DNA from: Chlorokybus atmophyticus
Taxonomy: Eukaryota; Plantae; Mesostigma and Chlorokybus algae
Length of the DNA stretch: 64,000 nt
Direction: 5' to 3'
NCBI GenBank assembly: GCA_009103225.1
Contig: RHPI01002090.1
Span: forward strand, 1,039,932 to 1,103,931
Of this stretch, positions 62,201-64,000 are shown piece after piece. Under the pieces are notes generated by a model. The model was not told the DNA's origin and ran no database searches. It saw nothing but the letters and a program-made list of their open reading frames with translations. Numbering within the stretch: the stretch's first letter is position 1; every line of letters begins with the position of its first letter. The position numbers were made by a program, and so were the translations under genes.

Positions 62201-64000
62201 TTACTATTATTGGTAGCCCTGACAATGCTATGCCTTTCAACCAGTTTGCAATGCATAAAGCACTCAATGCAGTTTCTCACCAGCAAGTCGTCACCACTGC
62301 TATGCATAGCAGCTATATCGATCTGAATTTGATCGCATGCAGCGGCGCGTACATTGCGGGCAGGACCATGCTGTCCTTTTTACAAGCATATAGTGGCTGA
62401 GAGTCTAGTGCGGTAGAGAGGACACATCAACATTGGATGTGCATTGCTTGCTGGAATGATGCAATATGAACGACCCAGCGAGCACATGCAGGCTATGTGT
62501 GCACTGCTGCAGTGTTGGATGCCTGAAGCGCCCAACGCAGCTGTGCGCGACAACATTGGGACACGCAAACTTAGCAGGTTCAGTCACCAGCAGATGCTGC
62601 GGAGTTTTGTGCGGTCTTTACCTACCCGGGCGGAGCCTGCCACAGTCAGGCTGAGAACCACTTCACTACAAAAGCTACGCCTTGCAGTGCCAATGCATTT
62701 TTGCTGCAATACTGCTGCAAATTCAACCCAAACGCGATAGACAGCTGCCCCAACCGGCGACACCTTTGCCACCGCCATCGCCGTCGCCGAGTGCCATGAC
62801 GCGGAGCCTTGGATTGCGCTGCAGATCAAACTGCTTACGTGCAAGCGGTGGCCCTGTTTCAGTCAAGACGCCAGTGGGCCTTCCCCCTGCCAAAGCTTAT
62901 GCCGGCCCGATCAGCGCTGAGAATGGTGGAATGGCCATCAGGCTGCGGTGGTCCGCCGGTGGACGAGTGAGCCATACTGCCATACTACGGTTGTCGACGT
63001 TGATATGGTTATAAGACATGATAGTTCCGACGGCGATGTAGCGCTGTGGATCAGTGTCGGTTGAGCGTGTTGTTCGGTCTGTACCACGCTGGCACCGGCT
63101 GTGATAGCGTGACAGATGCAGATTGTGCGATGTCAACTGCATATTAGAACGGGTGCTGCTAAATTACTATCGTCAGAACGTCGGTCACGGTACTAACAGC
63201 GCCGACCGACAGCACTGAACTCGCACTGATCAGGGCTGCGTTCAGCTGCGTTCACACAAGGTTCACCACATTTCACGGCCTACCTACGTCGCCGTGCTTC
63301 ATCGCGACCGTCCGTTTGCTTCAATCGTAGACTGGCATAAGCATCTTCTCATGGGCGTCTTGACTGGTTTCCCGCTCATGTGAGCCGTATGATACGACCG
63401 CTTGCTCGCCTAAACACTGACATGCGGCGACCTGCGGTGGCAGTGCTTCGCCTAAAAGGTTGTTGCATTTTCCAATTGTGTGCGTTTGTTTCGGCTCGCC
63501 CCCAAGCGGCGGCGGCGGCGGCGGCGGCGGAGGGAGGGAGGCCCGTGTGTCAAGCTTGTTGCTTCTACACAACATATTGTTTGTAATCTATGGCGAGTAA
63601 AGTTGTACTTACTTTGTCGCTGGTAGCGGACTGCGCTCCCATGTGACGTGTGCCGCAATGAGCGTCAGTGGCACTGAGTAGCAGTTGGGGTGATTGAGTG
63701 AGCTGTAAGAGGAATGACGAACGGGATGCTCCATGGGGCGTACGTGGACTCTTACACTCTGGAGCACGCACGCAAGAAAACCAAGGTAACACGTCACTCA
63801 ATGCAGCATACACGTACTCAATCACACAAGTCACAAGCTACTCTGCACAAACAAAAAATTATGTTGCGCTGCTTATATGAAGCACAGCATACACCATTGT
63901 TTGGGTAACGTGTAATTTACCCTAACTTTGTGCTAGTATTGGATGCCACTGTACATAAACCGGAAGGGCGAAGGTCTCACGTGGTGGTGACTGCAGCAAG

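Noticed and set aside
62200-64000. Candidate upstream LarC exons
   Set aside because: The N-terminal LarC motifs (GDM, HFHEVG, TPTGA) could not be found convincingly, so the gene model was not extended.

Overview
This is eukaryotic, intron-rich, transposon-dense DNA; a green alga is the likeliest source, inferred from element types and intron style. Positions ~2.1-49.3 kb are a nested stack of elements whose junctions can be read from TIRs, LTRs and target-site duplications. A chromoviral Ty3/Gypsy (copy B) holds a 79-bp-LTR TRIM, which holds a PIF/Harbinger (transposase plus Myb/SANT gene). The Harbinger holds a second chromovirus copy (A, TSD AACTC), which holds a ~14-kb Plavaka/CACTA-like DNA transposon. 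That innermost element is the most unusual feature. Besides its transposase it carries a Cys-rich/Tudor/phage-type C5-cytosine methyltransferase gene, an OTU-protease ORF that splices in frame to a RING-finger ORF, and two unknown spliced genes. Further left are a PHD-finger Gypsy broken by a CACTA-like non-autonomous element and by a different chromovirus. Both chromovirus families carry a degenerate Dam-like domain between gag and protease. Two TRIMs show tRNA-like sequence across the LTR/PBS junction. The right end has two host-type spliced genes on the minus strand: a metallo-beta-lactamase + two cNMP-domain protein (PdeD/PdeE-like) and a damaged LarC-like nickel insertase. Long poly-C tracts next to Ns are probably assembly artefacts. 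All domain calls come from motif recognition by eye, without database searches.
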